A stretch of 64,000 nt of DNA from Callorhinchus milii (taxonomy: Eukaryota): contig NW_024704743.1 of assembly GCF_018977255.1 (NCBI RefSeq), positions 83,950,001 to 84,014,000 of the forward strand, read 5' to 3'. Below the pieces are notes generated by a model. The model was not told the origin of the DNA. It was given only the letters and a program-made list of their open reading frames with translations, and made no database searches. Below are positions 12,590 through 25,787 of this stretch, in pieces; within the stretch, counting starts at the first letter, position 1, and every line of letters begins with the position of its first letter. The position numbers were made by a program, and so were the translations under genes.

Positions 12590-12800
12590 TTATATAAAGC
12601 ACAGATAGTCACAAGAAGAGCGAAAGGAGAACTCAGGCATTTTTTTCCCTCAGAGAGTTGTTGGGATGTTGAATGCCCTGCCAATTAATGCAGTGCAAAT
12701 AAGTCCATTGGAGATTTCAAGAGGGAAGTAGATAAGTATATGAAGCATAGGTGTTTGAAGGTGTACAAGAGCCGGTGAAGATTCATTGACCTCCTTCTGT
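12590..12800 (+). mobile_element. CR1 3' end relic
   Basis: FFPQRVVGMLNALP-like reading and ttctatga tail. Confidence 0.7.
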
Positions 12801-13295
12801 GCTATCAATTTCTATGAAATATGTTCTCTTGTGGTGAATGTAAAGTTTAGGAACTTATAAAGAAAAGAAAATTTATTTTTCTGATATACAGGAGAAAGAC
12901 ACACACATTTTTTATCTGTAAGTCTCCTTATTAGTAAAGGGAGTAGGAGTGATGTAGGAATTAAATTGGCTACAGTGTCAGCAAAATAATTACCTATCTC
13001 GATCCCAATTCCCTACTCTTCCCCATATCCTCTCATACCCTTCCTCCCTGTGTAATTATCCAATTCCTTTTTCAATGCTTCAGTCATCTCTGCTCCAACA
13101 GGCTATTCTGTTAATTCCCAGAGAGAAACAAAAACGCCATAACTTCCTCCTCTCCTTGACACAAATAGTACCTCACCCTTAACCTCTCAAATTCTCTTAG
13201 TATCTTAAATAATTCTATTTGCTCCAACAGAACAAAGTTCTAACCTCACCAATGCCTTCTCAATATTGTAATTCTTTCCCTCCTGGTAACATGCA

Positions 13296-15928
13296 TTGAA
13301 AATCCTCCTTGTCTACCGACCCCCTAAGTCCCCCAGCTCCTTCCACACAGACATCTCTACTCTTCTCTCTTCCCTGTCCCTCTGCTCCAGACGCCCGCTC
13401 ATAATGGGCGATTTCAACCTCCACCTAAACTCCCCTTGCACTACTTCTGCCAACTTTACTGCCTTCCTCTCCTTCCTAAACCTCACCCTCCACATAAATT
13501 CACCCACCCACAACCGTGGTCATGCCCTTGACCTCGTTATCACCCACGGCCTTGACATTTCCAACCTTAGCATAGTGGACAAGGCCATCTTGGACCACTT
13601 CCTCATCTCCTTCTCCTCTCATATCCCTCTCACCTCCACCAAGCCCTCAAACACCCTCCACTGCCCTTGGAAAAGGCTATTGCCTGAAACCCTCACAAAG
13701 GCCCTAACATCATCAAACAACCTATCCCTCTGACCTTCTACCCATGGAGATCCAGAAGTAGCCATCCAGCTGCTCAATGATCGCCTCTCCCCCACCTTCA
13801 TCTCCCTCGTCCCCCTGAAATCCAGGACCATCTCCAAACCCACCCGATCCCCCTCGTACAACAACCATCTCCGCCACGTAAAAACCCAAACCTGGCTGCT
13901 CGAGCACAGATGGCAGAAAACTGGCCTGACAGTTCACCGTCAAATGTGGCTCGAGCATCTCCATGGCTACCGCCGTTCTTTGACACGTGCAAAAGCGGCA
14001 TTCTACTCCCAACATCATCTTGGAGGCTAAACACAACCCTAAAATCCTTTTTTCCACCACCCACTACCTCCTCCGTGCCCCACCTCAGGCCTCCTCAATC
14101 TTCATATCAAATGCCAAGTGCGAGGAGGTCATGGACTTCTTCTCATCTAAAATTCACAACATCCACCAGGCAGCCTCATCCACCTGCCACTTGTCACCCA
14201 CCACCATGCCCTCTCTGTCCTCCTACCCCTTCCCATCATCTGCTCCTACCACCACTCCCAACCTACATTCCTTCCTCCCCATCTCTCTCTCCTCTCTCTC
14301 ACCCACCATTACCTCCATGAAACCCACCACCTGCTGCCTCGACCCCCTCCCCACCAACTTGCTGGTCACCCAGCTCCCCCTCCTCTGCCCACTACTGGCT
14401 GACGTCATCAACTAGCCCCTCTCCTCCGGATCAGTCCCTGCCCCCCTCAAAACTGCTGTCATCACCCCCCTCCTCAAAAAACCTTCCCTGGATCCCTCAA
14501 ACCCCAGCCACTACTGTTCCATTTCTAATCTGCCCTTCCTTGCAACAGTCCGAGAACGCATTGTTGGTAACGCACACCTCTCCGCCCATTCCTTCTTCGA
14601 ACCCCTCCAGTCCGGTTTCTGTCCTGCCCACAGTACAGGGACTGCACTTGTGAAAGTCACAAACGACATCCTTTATATCTGTGACCAGGGCTCCCTCTGC
14701 CTCCTTGTCCTCCTGGATGTCTCCACCACGTTTGACACAGTCGATCATGCCATCCTTCTCCACCGCCCTTCCTCCATCATCCACTTCAGTGGGACTGCAC
14801 TCGTCTGGTTCGAGTCCTACTTCACAAACTGCCAGCAGTACATCTGTACAAACGGCTTCTCCTCCCGCTCTCACCCGATTACCTGCGGGGCCCCCCAAGG
14901 ATCCATCCTTGGTCCCCTCCTCTTTCTGATCTACATGCTCCCTCTTGGGGATGTCATCCGCAGACATGGGGTACATTTCCACATGTAAACGGACGACACC
15001 CAACTCTATTTTTGCGACCCCCAGTCCCTTGATGTTCTGTCAGCCTGCCTGTCAGACCTCAGGGGCTGGATGAGCGCAAATTTCCTTCAGCTGAACTTTG
15101 ACAAGACGGAAGCCATACACTTTGGCTCTCATCAACATCTAAAATCTCATGGTTCTCACCTCCTCCACCTACCCGACCTCCCACTAAAACTCTCCAAACT
15201 CGTACGCAACCTAGGCGTCAGGTTCGACCCCCAATTATCCTTTCTCCCCCACATCTGGTCCCTCACCAGCACCGCTTTCTTCCACCTCTGACGCATTGCC
15301 CGCCTCTGCCAATACCTCACTCCAAAAGCCGCTGAAACCCTGGTCCATGCCTTTGTCACCTCTCGGCCTGGACTATTCAATTGCCCTCCTCGCCGGTCTC
15401 CCATCCGCTACCATCTATAAAATCCAGATTATTGAGAACTCTGCTGCCGCATTCTCAGCCGCACCAAACTCTGCTCCCTGATTACTCCCGTCCTCGCCAG
15501 ACTGCACTGGCTGCCTGTCCCACAGAGGATCGATTTCAAGATCCTCACCCTTGTCTTCAAATCCCTCCACTCCTCTGCACCTCCCTACCTCTCTGACCCC
15601 CTCTCTCCTCAAAACAGTGCCCGTTACCTTCGTTCCTCCTGGTCTGGTCTCCTTCTTGTCCCCCCGAGTCCTCTGCTCCACCCTTGGCGTCCGTACCTTC
15701 AGCCACTATGCCCCGAGGCTCTGGATCTCCCTTCCTCAATCCCTTCGCCTCACCCCTTCTCATCTTACTTTCAGGTCTCTGCTGAAGACCTTTCTTTTCG
15801 ACAGCCCCTTTGGTCACCTTCCCACCCCTCCCCTTGGCTCGGCCCCGGGATCCGTTACTGTGAAGCGCTCTGAGACGCCGTCCGGCATGGAGGGCGCTAT
15901 ATAAATCCAAGTTGTTGTTCTTGTTGTT
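13296..15928 (+). mobile_element. Near-complete L2 ORF2 (AP endonuclease plus RT), with stops and frameshifts, inserted into a minus-strand CR1 relic
   Basis: VYRPP, MGDFN, PTHNRGHALDLV, LDHFLI (EN); LLVLLDVSTTFDTVDH, GAPQGSILGP, *TDDTQLY (RT); (gtt)n tail ends at 15928; CR1-like sequence at about 13000-13295 and 15930-16090. Confidence 0.95.
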
Positions 15929-16454
15929 CGGCTCTACACAGCAACCCCTCTACACAGCTCCTAGTCTCATTCTGTAATGCAGTGACCAAAACTGTTCATA
16001 ATATTCCATCTGAAGCCTAACTAATGTCTTGCATCATCAATGTCTTGAATTCAGTAGCACTGTATATAAAACAGAGAATCCTGTTCGTGCTTTCAACAAA
16101 CTTGCCTGTTTGAAAAGAGAAGGGAGTTTCTCCTGGTATCTCGACCACAATTTCTCAAATAAAATTGCTCTTTCACTCTATGGCTGTTTGTGGGACATTG
16201 GATATAGCATTTGCCCACAAAGTACAATCACTACAGTTTACAGTACATCCTGTTAAGTGCTTTGAGACATCTCGGTGATGTCATAAGATGCTATATCAAA
16301 TCCAAGTATTATTATTTATTATAATTCTCTCTCAATAATCCGACTTTTAATGATCTATTTATACCTACTGCTCTGATCCCTTTTTTTTCATTGAGCATTT
16401 TGCTGCTCGGTGTATTAACAATGTTTTCCAAAATGTAGCACTTGCAATGGTAGT

Positions 16455-16860
16455 AGAAACAGGAGTAGGCCATTCATCCCTCGAGCCTGTTCCGCCATTC
16501 AATAAGATTATAGCTGATCTGTACCTGAACTCCAATTACCTGCCCTAGTCCCTTATCCCTGGATACTCCGACCTAACAAATATCTATCCACCTCAGTCTT
16601 GAAAATGTGAACCAATCCACCATCCACAGCCCAAAACTGAACACAGTACTCCAGATGGGGGATCTGACCAACACTCTGTACAATTGAAGCATCATTTCCT
16701 CTCCTTTATGTTCTAGCCCTCTGGAGATAAAGGCTAACATCCCATTAGCCTTTTTGATAATGTTTTGTACCTGTGAGCTTGTTTTTAGTGATTTGTATAT
16801 GTGGACACCCAAATTCCTTTGCTCTTCTTAGTTTTTCACTATTTAGAAAATATTCTGTTT
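16455..16860 (-). mobile_element. CR1 3' fragment
   Basis: Minus-strand GVHIYKSLK...KANGMLAFISRGLEHK...LYRVLVR; CR1 3' UTR ggctcgagggatgaatggcctactcctgt. Confidence 0.85.
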
Positions 16861-16879
16861 AGATATAGTGGATGACTAT

Positions 16880-16992
16880 TTGTTCGCCCACAAATATACA
16901 GTCAATTCACTTTACATTATATTCTGTGAAGCGCTTTGAGACGTCTAGAAGACGTGAAAAGCGCTATATCAAATGCAAGGATTATTATTATA
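16880..16992 (+). mobile_element. SINE 3' half (similar halves at 40340-40522, 42105-42220, 42553-42667)
   Basis: cgcccacaaaatatacagtcaattcactttac...aaatgcaaggattattatt tail. Confidence 0.9.
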
Positions 16993-17746
16993 TTTATTAA
17001 TGGCACTTAAAAGATGTTGATCACTGTAAAAAAAATACTCTTTTGAAGAAAGCATACAAATTAGCTTGAATCAGGAAGAGAATCAATAGTTATAGTTCAG
17101 ATGTTTCACTGACTCAAGCTTATTATCCAGTATCAAATGAGCATTCAGAATGTGCAGAGTGCCATCTTGTGACCAAAACCATATATCGCAGCAGCTGCAG
17201 GAATTTCTTGAATAACAGTATTTAATGACAAGTCTCACTTGTCACTTTTACAAGTTTCTCTCGGTATCCTGACCAACAATCCCCCATGAGCCCCACCAAT
17301 GTTTCGGGATAGGGAGCAAGACCTGTGACAGCAACTGCAATACAACAATATAACTGCGAAAGAGTGCAGGCAGCTGTGTCCGCGGTCAGTGCTTGCAACC
17401 TGTCTTACATTCCCAAGACCTTATAATGCCCCTCTGCTCTAGATTCTAATCAACCTCATGCTCCCTGGACCAGGGCCGAGTCTCTGCCCTTAGCCCAGCT
17501 CTAGCCAGAGTGGATAGTGGACACTGCCTTAAAAAGACACAGGCTCTGCAACTCGAGCCTTCCTCCTCTGAGGTCAGGGTGCTACAGTATCAATACAGGC
17601 CCTCATGCCTAACCAAAATAAAAGTTATAATGAAAACAATTCTTTGGGATTGAATAATCAGATTTTTTTGTGCTCAACCATTTCAATCATTTTCTATTCC
17701 AGTCTCTGTGCTGTGACCCAGCTAGCAGAGCAAGTTAATTCTGACA

Positions 17747-18139
17747 TTATTATAATTATAATAATCCTTGCATTTGATTTTGTGCCTTATCATGTCTTCT
17801 AGATGTCTCAAAGCGCTTCACCGAATATAAAGTAAAGTGAATTGACTGTATGTTTTGTGGGTGAAATGCAGCAGTCAATTGCACACAACAGTGTCCCACA
17901 AACAGTCGTGGATTAAGTGACCAAATTAATATTATTTTTCAAAAAAATTGTGAAGGGATTATTACCCTCAGAAAAGCATACAGCCAATTGACTAACGAAC
18001 TGGTTCCTACTTACTGTTAGGTAAACAGAGATGTGTGGAGTAGCAAAACATGCCCAACATTTTGCCTTTCCCGTGAATCGAATCCAGGTGCTCTCGCTTG
18101 TGAGGCGAGTGCTCCAACCACTAAGCTACAGGACTCCAC
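17747..18139 (-). mobile_element. Full-length tRNA-derived Deu-type SINE, older long form
   Basis: tRNA-like head with A/B boxes, an extra ~60-nt internal segment, Deu core and (tta)n tail. Confidence 0.9.
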
Positions 18140-20659
18140 AATAGGTAAGGAGGGACTTTTGTAGAGCTATCGATTTTTATTCTTCATGTTCCTTAGTGTT
18201 CCCAGGCAATGAAGAAAATGTAATGACAGAACACTTATGCAAATAATGACCTATAGTGGCACAGGACAGAAATGACCCATGAGATAGGTGACTTATCTTC
18301 TGAAGGCAATAAACCTTCATTATCTCTGAGGATGATAGAGAATTTAGGGTCAGATGGCACAGTCCAGGAATAAAGATCTTCTCCCATAGTTAGGTATAGC
18401 ATTCTCCATTTATGGAGCAGAGGGAGAACAAAGAGATTTTTTTATATAAAGACTTAGGATATGAAATGCCTTGCTGGGTATAATGGTTGAGGCTATAGTA
18501 GCTTTCAGGAGAGTAGGAGACAGATATCTAAAAGGAATGATACAATGGTATTTGGGGAAAAGTCAGTAAATGGGATTGAATGGATTGCTTCTTCAAAGAA
18601 CTAGTACAAGCACAATGGATGAAATGGCTTTGTTCTGTGTTGTATGTTTCTATAGATTAGTTGTGTACTTTCTTATCTCCTTTTCATCCAATAAATAATA
18701 TCAATTTACCTGTTCAGCATATATTTTAGAGTTTTCCTTTCTAATTGACACCTGGAACAAAATGCTCAACAAAAAAAGCCTCTACATTTCAATACGGCCA
18801 ATGTTTTCTTACCAGAAGAACATGTTTTTTCAGGAAACTCAGTAACGGGTGAAATGTGCAATGAATGATGCCATTGTGTGTTTGGCTGCCATTTGTGTTG
18901 CTTGTACTGTGTGTGAGTTAATTACACGCGACTCTGAATCTGTTAATCATCTAATCGACACTGTCACTGTTCATTCTCTTTCCTCCTCTGTGTCAGATAA
19001 TATTCTAACCCTCGGTGCAAACACATCAGCAGTGCACAGCAGCAAAAACTGTTAAATGTCAAGTGTAGGGAATGCAGTTGTTTGATTTAAGGTCAGCAAT
19101 CTGCTTTATACAGAGCAAACACGTTATATTGCAGTCGTCTGGATTCAAATCTCAAAGCCTGTTATAAGCAAATTACAAAACAACGTCTCTTTTCCAAATC
19201 ATCAGGTCTCTCTTCCAAATCACCAACGCCACTGATGGTGGAGCGGAGCAGACAAGGACACACAGGAAGCCGAGCAAAAATATAAGCCCAAAGTCCCAAC
19301 ATGGGGCTTAAACTTACAAGGAGCTTAATTCAACAGCAGGACAAGGGTTTTACTGTGATGCCAATTGCATATTCTTCTATTTTGTTTGTTTTTTAAATGT
19401 ATTTTTCAGCTTAGAAAGCTATTTTAATAGATCAACATGGATCAATGAAGGCTTCAGACTGAGAGCTTCTCACAGCTAGTATGGCTGCATGCCTCAGAAC
19501 TTTGAAAGAAGGTTAGCTTGGACAATAAGTCTATAGTAAGGTGATAACACTTCTTTAAATGGACTCGATCACTCTGCTTTCTATCATTTACCGCACTACA
19601 GCGGTATTACAACTGGAAAATAGAAGTTAATAAAGACATGATAAATGAACATGATATGCATAATTAGGTGTAGACATGCTCAAATTTTAAACAGCATGCT
19701 GGAAATGTGACAAGAGCACTAAAATTAGCAGCCAGTAATAAGAATGACAAATGATGAGACCTGTGTGTCTCACAGTCTTGTAGCTTTGTCCTTTCACCAG
19801 TTGACCTAGATTTATGAATGCTGCACAAGCAGATGGGATGAAAGTCATCTGTCCCTGACAGCTTTTTGAAGGAACCATCCCCTTGTGTGCTCAGATAACA
19901 GTGCACAGCATAAGAGTCCCCACAAATGTAGCAGTAATTAACACTATCTGAATAGGTGCCCACTCTGAGCAGCAACAACTAGAGTGTAGATAATAAAGAC
20001 TTGACACTAGTACTGAAATGATTATGAACTGTTCTTGTCTATTCTTGCTGAGTAAATAAGAGATTTCTCCTGGTGTCCAGGCTAGCAATCCCCCAAATGA
20101 AACTGATCATTGATCATGAAAATCTTTGAGAGGTCACAATGACATGATAAGGCTCCAGTCTACAAAATACGCAGTCACTACACTTTGCAGTTAGTACACT
20201 GTACAGTAAATCTATGATGTGCTTTAAGTGGTCCTTCTAATGTTGAAATGCGCCTGTATCAAATGCAAGGATTATTATTATTATTTTTTAAATAATCCAA
20301 AAGTGAACAGAAAAAGAGCAAACAAATCAAACCAATCTTAATTGTGTTGATCAGCTGCAATGCCAATAAGGTTTTGTTCTGCAGTTTATATTTCCCATGT
20401 GAACAATCAGAAATATTTTAGGAAGGCTTTTTTTTCAGCCAGTGTTCTTTCGGCCTCTTGACACTTGCTGAGGTTTCCCTGCCCTCCATCCCTCCCGATC
20501 CCAATTACCAGCTCAGGTGCACATCCTGAGCTTTGGGGTATCCTCCTGAGATGAAAGGCACTATACAATGTAATTTGTTGTTGTTGTTACAGTTCTACGT
20601 TTGGCACCAGCTGCTTGATAGTGTGCCCAAGTGATTTTTCTTCATATGTGAGCCAGACT

Positions 20660-20910
20660 GCAGATGTCAACAGGCTATTTGACTTTGGGGTACATTGCAA
20701 TGAGCATGATGCCTACACATACACTTTTCCACTCTCTATCGGGGATCACGATCACGACTGTAGAAGTAGCTGATTTTCCCTTCTTAGCTCTTATACACTG
20801 TGGAGTCACAACTGCCCTGGTTGAGATCAGCTTAGAACAGATTAGAACAAATCAGAAATAATAGTTGTGATTTTCTGATCTGTATCAACCAACTGAGTGC
20901 TTCCACTAGG
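20660..20910 (-). mobile_element. Ancient SINE relic resembling AmnSINE2
   Basis: Reverse complement contains agctgatctcaaccagggcag...gggaaaatcagc, as I recall for AmnSINE2; heavily diverged. Confidence 0.4.
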
Positions 20911-21227
20911 ACCACTCGGAGGAGACTTTTTGATGAAATTGTATCAGAACATAATGAATGCAGTCATTGAATGCATCAAGATGTCAATGGGAAAATATTA
21001 TTTAATTCTTGCACCATGAATCCTTCCATACTTAAATAGCTTAAAACTATGATAAATAAACAGGAAACAACATAATTGAAATATATTGAAAACAGTCAAT
21101 GTTTCCATCCCTTGAGGACTTAAAATAGGTTAGCGGTGTAGCATTGAACAGTACAGATCAACAACAACAAGGTACAATTATATAGCATCTTTCATGTGGA
21201 GGATGTCTCAAAGCACTTTACATAGCT

Positions 21228-21476
21228 GACTCTATCCCCCAGTGCCTTCGTCTTGCCTCCTCCCTTTCCTCCTTCAAGGCCGGTCTCAAGACCTTTCTCT
21301 TTGACCGTGCCTTCAGCTCCCCTCTCGACTCTCTACCCCCTCCTCGCTCCTTCCCTTCCCTCCCCTCATCCTGACCATTTCCCCCCTGCTCGGGTCCTGA
21401 CCCAACTGTACAGCGCCTTGGGACGTCCTCCCGACGTGAAAGGCGCTCAATAAATGTAATCTTGTTCTTGTTGTTG
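21228..21476 (+). mobile_element. Young L2 3' fragment (subfamily a)
   Basis: Near-identical to 48249-48500 and to the reverse complement of 25788-26034. Confidence 0.95.
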
Positions 21477-22674
21477 TATGTAAGGAGGAGGGGTTGGGGA
21501 AGGTGACCAAAAGTGAAATCAAAAGTATAGTTCTTAAGTGTGTTTGAAAGGGGAAGGGACAAGACACAGAGACTCTGGAAGGGAGTTTTAGAGAGAGGGG
21601 GCAAAATGGCTGAAAGCTGATCCACTGATGGTGGAGGTTGATTGAGGTACATGAAACAGGCCAGTGTTTGCTGAGCGGAGCAAGTGGCCAAGAGATAGTC
21701 AGAGGAGGTCATAAAGTGAGGGTGGAGCAAGGCTGTAGAGGCATTTGAAGTGAATATGAAGATCTTAACTTCGATCCTCTGAGGAGATCAAAAAGATTCA
21801 AGGTTTGATTTTTGAGAGCACTGTCTGGCAATTAGTCGTGGACAATAGACTGGGTTCAGAAACATATAAGAGATATAGTTCTATTGCTCAATAGCTTATG
21901 CTTGTTCATCAATATCTATCTATTGTTCCTTTTTCCAATGAAACTGCTGGGGAATGATTGAACTGTGAAGTACTAGACAACATGTTTAATTATTTTGTGG
22001 GAAATGATTAATGCAGCAGGGGATGGTGTTTAGAGGCTTTTAAAGGGAACATATCTCTTCATATATATACACCTTCAGCAATTTAATCCATATATCTTCA
22101 TTTATAATCGGATTGAACTTTGCAGCATTATCCGGACATCGGGGAGGGATTCTCCAGAGAGATGCAATGAGGATTCAGCTAGTTAATAAGAAATGTAACC
22201 TTTTCAAAACATATGCACCCTGACTATCATTATATATTTTATGTACCTCATATTCCTTTGCAGTAATAAAATTTGATAATGTGTGACAAGGAAGAAGAGA
22301 TTCATTATGCTTGTAATAAAAAGCTATTTCTCTTTTTTTTCAAAAAGCTTGCAGCTGCTGGGCAATCACTTATATTTCCCTTTTCCCCTCTCTTTACACT
22401 TTATGTCATTCTCAAGGCTTTTCATTTTATATCTTTCCAACATTTTCAGCTCTAGAAAAGCAGAACCAAGTCACTGCAATTCAAGCTTTGCGTGACTACT
22501 GCTGATTTAGAGGGAAACAAAATCTGTCAAGCACCTATCTGCACATGAAAACAAGATGCTTGCGGCACTGTCCTGCATCTGTCTGGATGGTTGTATTGTT
22601 TGTAACATGAATAAAAGCAGAAAATCTTCTCAAAAATAGGGAATGTACAAGTCATTCTTGTTAAAGGGGAACTG

Positions 22675-23952
22675 CATTATAATAATCCTTGCATTTGATA
22701 TACAACAACAACAAAAACAACTTGCACTTTTATAGCACCCTCCATGCAGGGAAGCATCTCACAGTACTTAACAGTGGCGGAGCCTGACTCCGAGCCAGGG
22801 GTTTGTGGAGGGGGGGCAGGTGGCCGTAAGCATGGTCGAAGAGGATGGTTTTCAGGCAGGACTTGAAAGAGGGGAGAGTGTGGGCAAGGCGGAGCGATTG
22901 AGGGAGAGTTTTCCAGAGTTTTGGGGAATAATAGCTGAAAGCACGACTTCCAATGGTGGGGCGGAGGGTGCGAGGGATTAACAGGAGGCTGGTGCCAGTC
23001 GAGAGAAGGTGCTGGATGGTGGATTGGGGAGTGAGGAATTCGGAGAGGTAGGGAAGTGCCAGGGAGTGAATGTATTTCATATAGCTCTTTATCATGTCTT
23101 CGAGACAACAAAATAACAACAGAATTACATTTATATAGCGCCTTTCACGTCCATTCACTTTACAGTATAGCCTGTGAAGCGCTTTGACATCCTAAGGCGC
23201 TGGACAGACAGAGTTATGGACCCGAGCTGAGGGTCGGGGTCGGGTACGGGGGAGGGCAGGGGGGGAAGCAGTGAGATCGAAAGCATGGTCGAAGAGGAGG
23301 GTCTTGAGGTGGGTCTTGAAGGTGGCGAGGGAGGAGATGAGACGGAGGGACTGTGGGATGGAGCTCCAGAGGGTGGGTGCAGAGTGGCAGAAGGCCCGCC
23401 TGCCGATAGTGGGGTGAGCAAGGCGGGGGACGTGAAGCAGGCCGGAGCCCGCTGAGCAGAGGGAGCGAGCAGGGTGGTAGGGATTTAGGAAGTAGGACAA
23501 GTAAGGGGGAGCAAGACCGTGGAGGGCTTTGAAGGTGAGGACCAGGATGTGGAACTGTATCCTCTGTGTGATGGGAAGTCATTGGGGCAAGGATGGGGGT
23601 GATAGTGTCATGGAGCCTAGTGCGGGAGAGACGTCTCAAAGAGCTTCACAGGCTATACTGTAAAGTTAATTGACTGTATATTTTGTGGACGAGACACAGC
23701 AGCCAATTGCGCACAGCAGTGTCCCACAAACAATTATGGATTGAAGTGCCAATTTATCATTTTTCTTTAAGGATTTATTACCCCTGGAAAAGTGATCCAC
23801 CAACTGACTAACAACCAGATTCCTACTTACTGCTAGATAAACAGGCGTGTGGAGTAAGGAAACTTGCCCAACGTTTCACCCTGCTGGGAATCGAACCCAG
23901 GTTTCTCGCTTTGAGAGGTGAGCGCTCTTACCACTGAGTTACAGGACTCCAC
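22675..23952 (-). mobile_element. Long-form SINE split by two minus-strand L2 fragments (22703-23070 and 23107-23627)
   Basis: SINE pieces 22675-22702, 23071-23106 and 23628-23952 rejoin into one copy; duplications tgcatttgatata / tgtatttcatata and gagac / gagac at the junctions. Confidence 0.88.
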
Positions 23953-24129
23953 CTCATGAGGTTTGCATGAGGTTTACCATGCAAACCTCAATGCAAGATT
24001 TCTGTGCATGTACTAGTAACTCTCAGTTACCTCTCATTCATGCGTCATGCTTTGAAAGTTTAAGGCATCCTGAGACTTAACATATGGGTGTAATATGTTT
24101 CTTTTATCCATTCAGGTGTCTAACACATA

Positions 24130-24590
24130 TGGAGACCCACGCTTTCTGTAGCTTGACCAGCAAGGAACACTCTACCTGTTAAGGCTTTGACATAGAGTTA
24201 ATAAGAGCCGAGTGGGAAGAATCCTTGCTCCCAGGTGTTGGTCTGTCCCTCCAAGGGTGCTGATGACCATGCTGACTGGGCTGGCATCAGAGGAGCCCTG
24301 GAGACTAATATGGAGACTAGGATTGCTAATCGGTTTCCTTAAGATAATTGGAAGTTTGTCACATCATTGTGGGATCTCCAATTGAATGGAATGCTTTCAG
24401 AGCAGAGTTCCCACAGGTCAGTGCAACACGCATGAAATACTTCCAGTTACTGGAAAGCCCTACCACTCAGATTCATCCTTAAGGAATCCCACTACAAATT
24501 GCCACATATTGAATCCCATATGGTGCTCTATTGTGACAGCATAAATGTTCACTCCAGCCATATCGTGAATGGGAGTTCTGTCCACAGTCC
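24130..24590 (-). mobile_element. Relic of the old I-group-like LINE family
   Basis: ggaagaatccttgctcc...ggtctgtccctccaa shared with 43041-43080. Confidence 0.45.
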
Positions 24591-25047
24591 GTCAAGATAA
24601 AATTAATCATTCACTTCATGGCTGTGTCTTGGACATTGCTGCATGCGAATTGGTTGCTGTGTTCGCCCACAGACTACACAGTCACTTTATATTAAATGCT
24701 GTTTGAGACATCCCCTTGATATGAAAGGCAATATATTAAATGTAAGGATTATTATTATTATTAATTATCTATCCCAAATTAGAAAGCATAATCTGAGGCA
24801 TGTGACAGACATGTCCCTTCACAATTCTTAACAGTAATAGTAAGAAAAATGCAATGACACTTAGTTTACAAAAGCATGTATTCTAGTCCAGAGAAGATGC
24901 AGCTGTTGCTATATTATCCCACTGGGAAAATGCTGCTTCAGCCTAATGGACACAATGTGCTTGAGGTCTGATTGATCTCCAGCTTTCTTATCATCCCTTT
25001 ACAATACAATACAATATATTTATATATAATATATATATAGCACCTTT

Positions 25048-25352
25048 CAACAACAACAACAAAATTGCATTTGTAAAGCTCTTTTCATGTAGGGAGGACG
25101 TCTCAAACCGCTGAACAGTTGGGGATTAGGATCCGAGCGTGGGGGGCGGGGGTGGCCAGGGTTGGGATGAAGGATTTTGATGAGGGATGGGGAGCCAGTG
25201 GAGCTGGGTGAGGGTGGGGGTTGATAGGATCATGGAGCCTGATGTGAGAAAGAACATGAGCTGCAGAGTTCTGGATGATCTGCAGCTTGTGGAGGGAAGC
25301 ATTGGGAAGGCCAACAAGGAGGGAGTTTCCGTAGTCGAGCCTTGAGGTGACG
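25048..25352 (-). mobile_element. L2 fragment inserted into another element's 3' tail
   Basis: LQIIQNSAA...QLHWLPIP on the minus strand; cctttca present on both sides. Confidence 0.8.
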
Positions 25353-25787
25353 AATCCTTCCTTTCACATAGGAAGGATGTCTCATGGATGGAGGATGTTT
25401 TGCATCTGGAGGACTTCTCATGCAGGAAGATCCTCCCTAGTAGGGAGGACATCTCAAAGCGTTTAAGCACTTTTGGAACTTGCAACCTTGTACTGTTGCC
25501 CCACACCACCTGACAACAACAACTTGCATTTATATAGCATCCCTCAAGAAGGGTAGCGTCCCAGAGCACTATATAACCCTATGCACAGCAGGAGACACTG
25601 ACTGGCTGCCTCCTGTTCTCAGCCAACCGTTACAGTACTGGACTAGAATAACCAGCCAGTTCTATATAATAGCAAATAATAGCTCAGTTGAAATCACTGA
25701 AGATCTATACGAAAACCTTAGGTAATATCCATTAACTGAGCAAAAACTAAAAAGCTGTCTGAATTATAAAGAGTAATAAATACGTAT

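Noticed and set aside
13296..15928. Possibly active L2, or active CR1 at 43590-46268
   Set aside because: Multiple stops and frameshifts, 5' truncation, and a damaged YADD motif in the L2.
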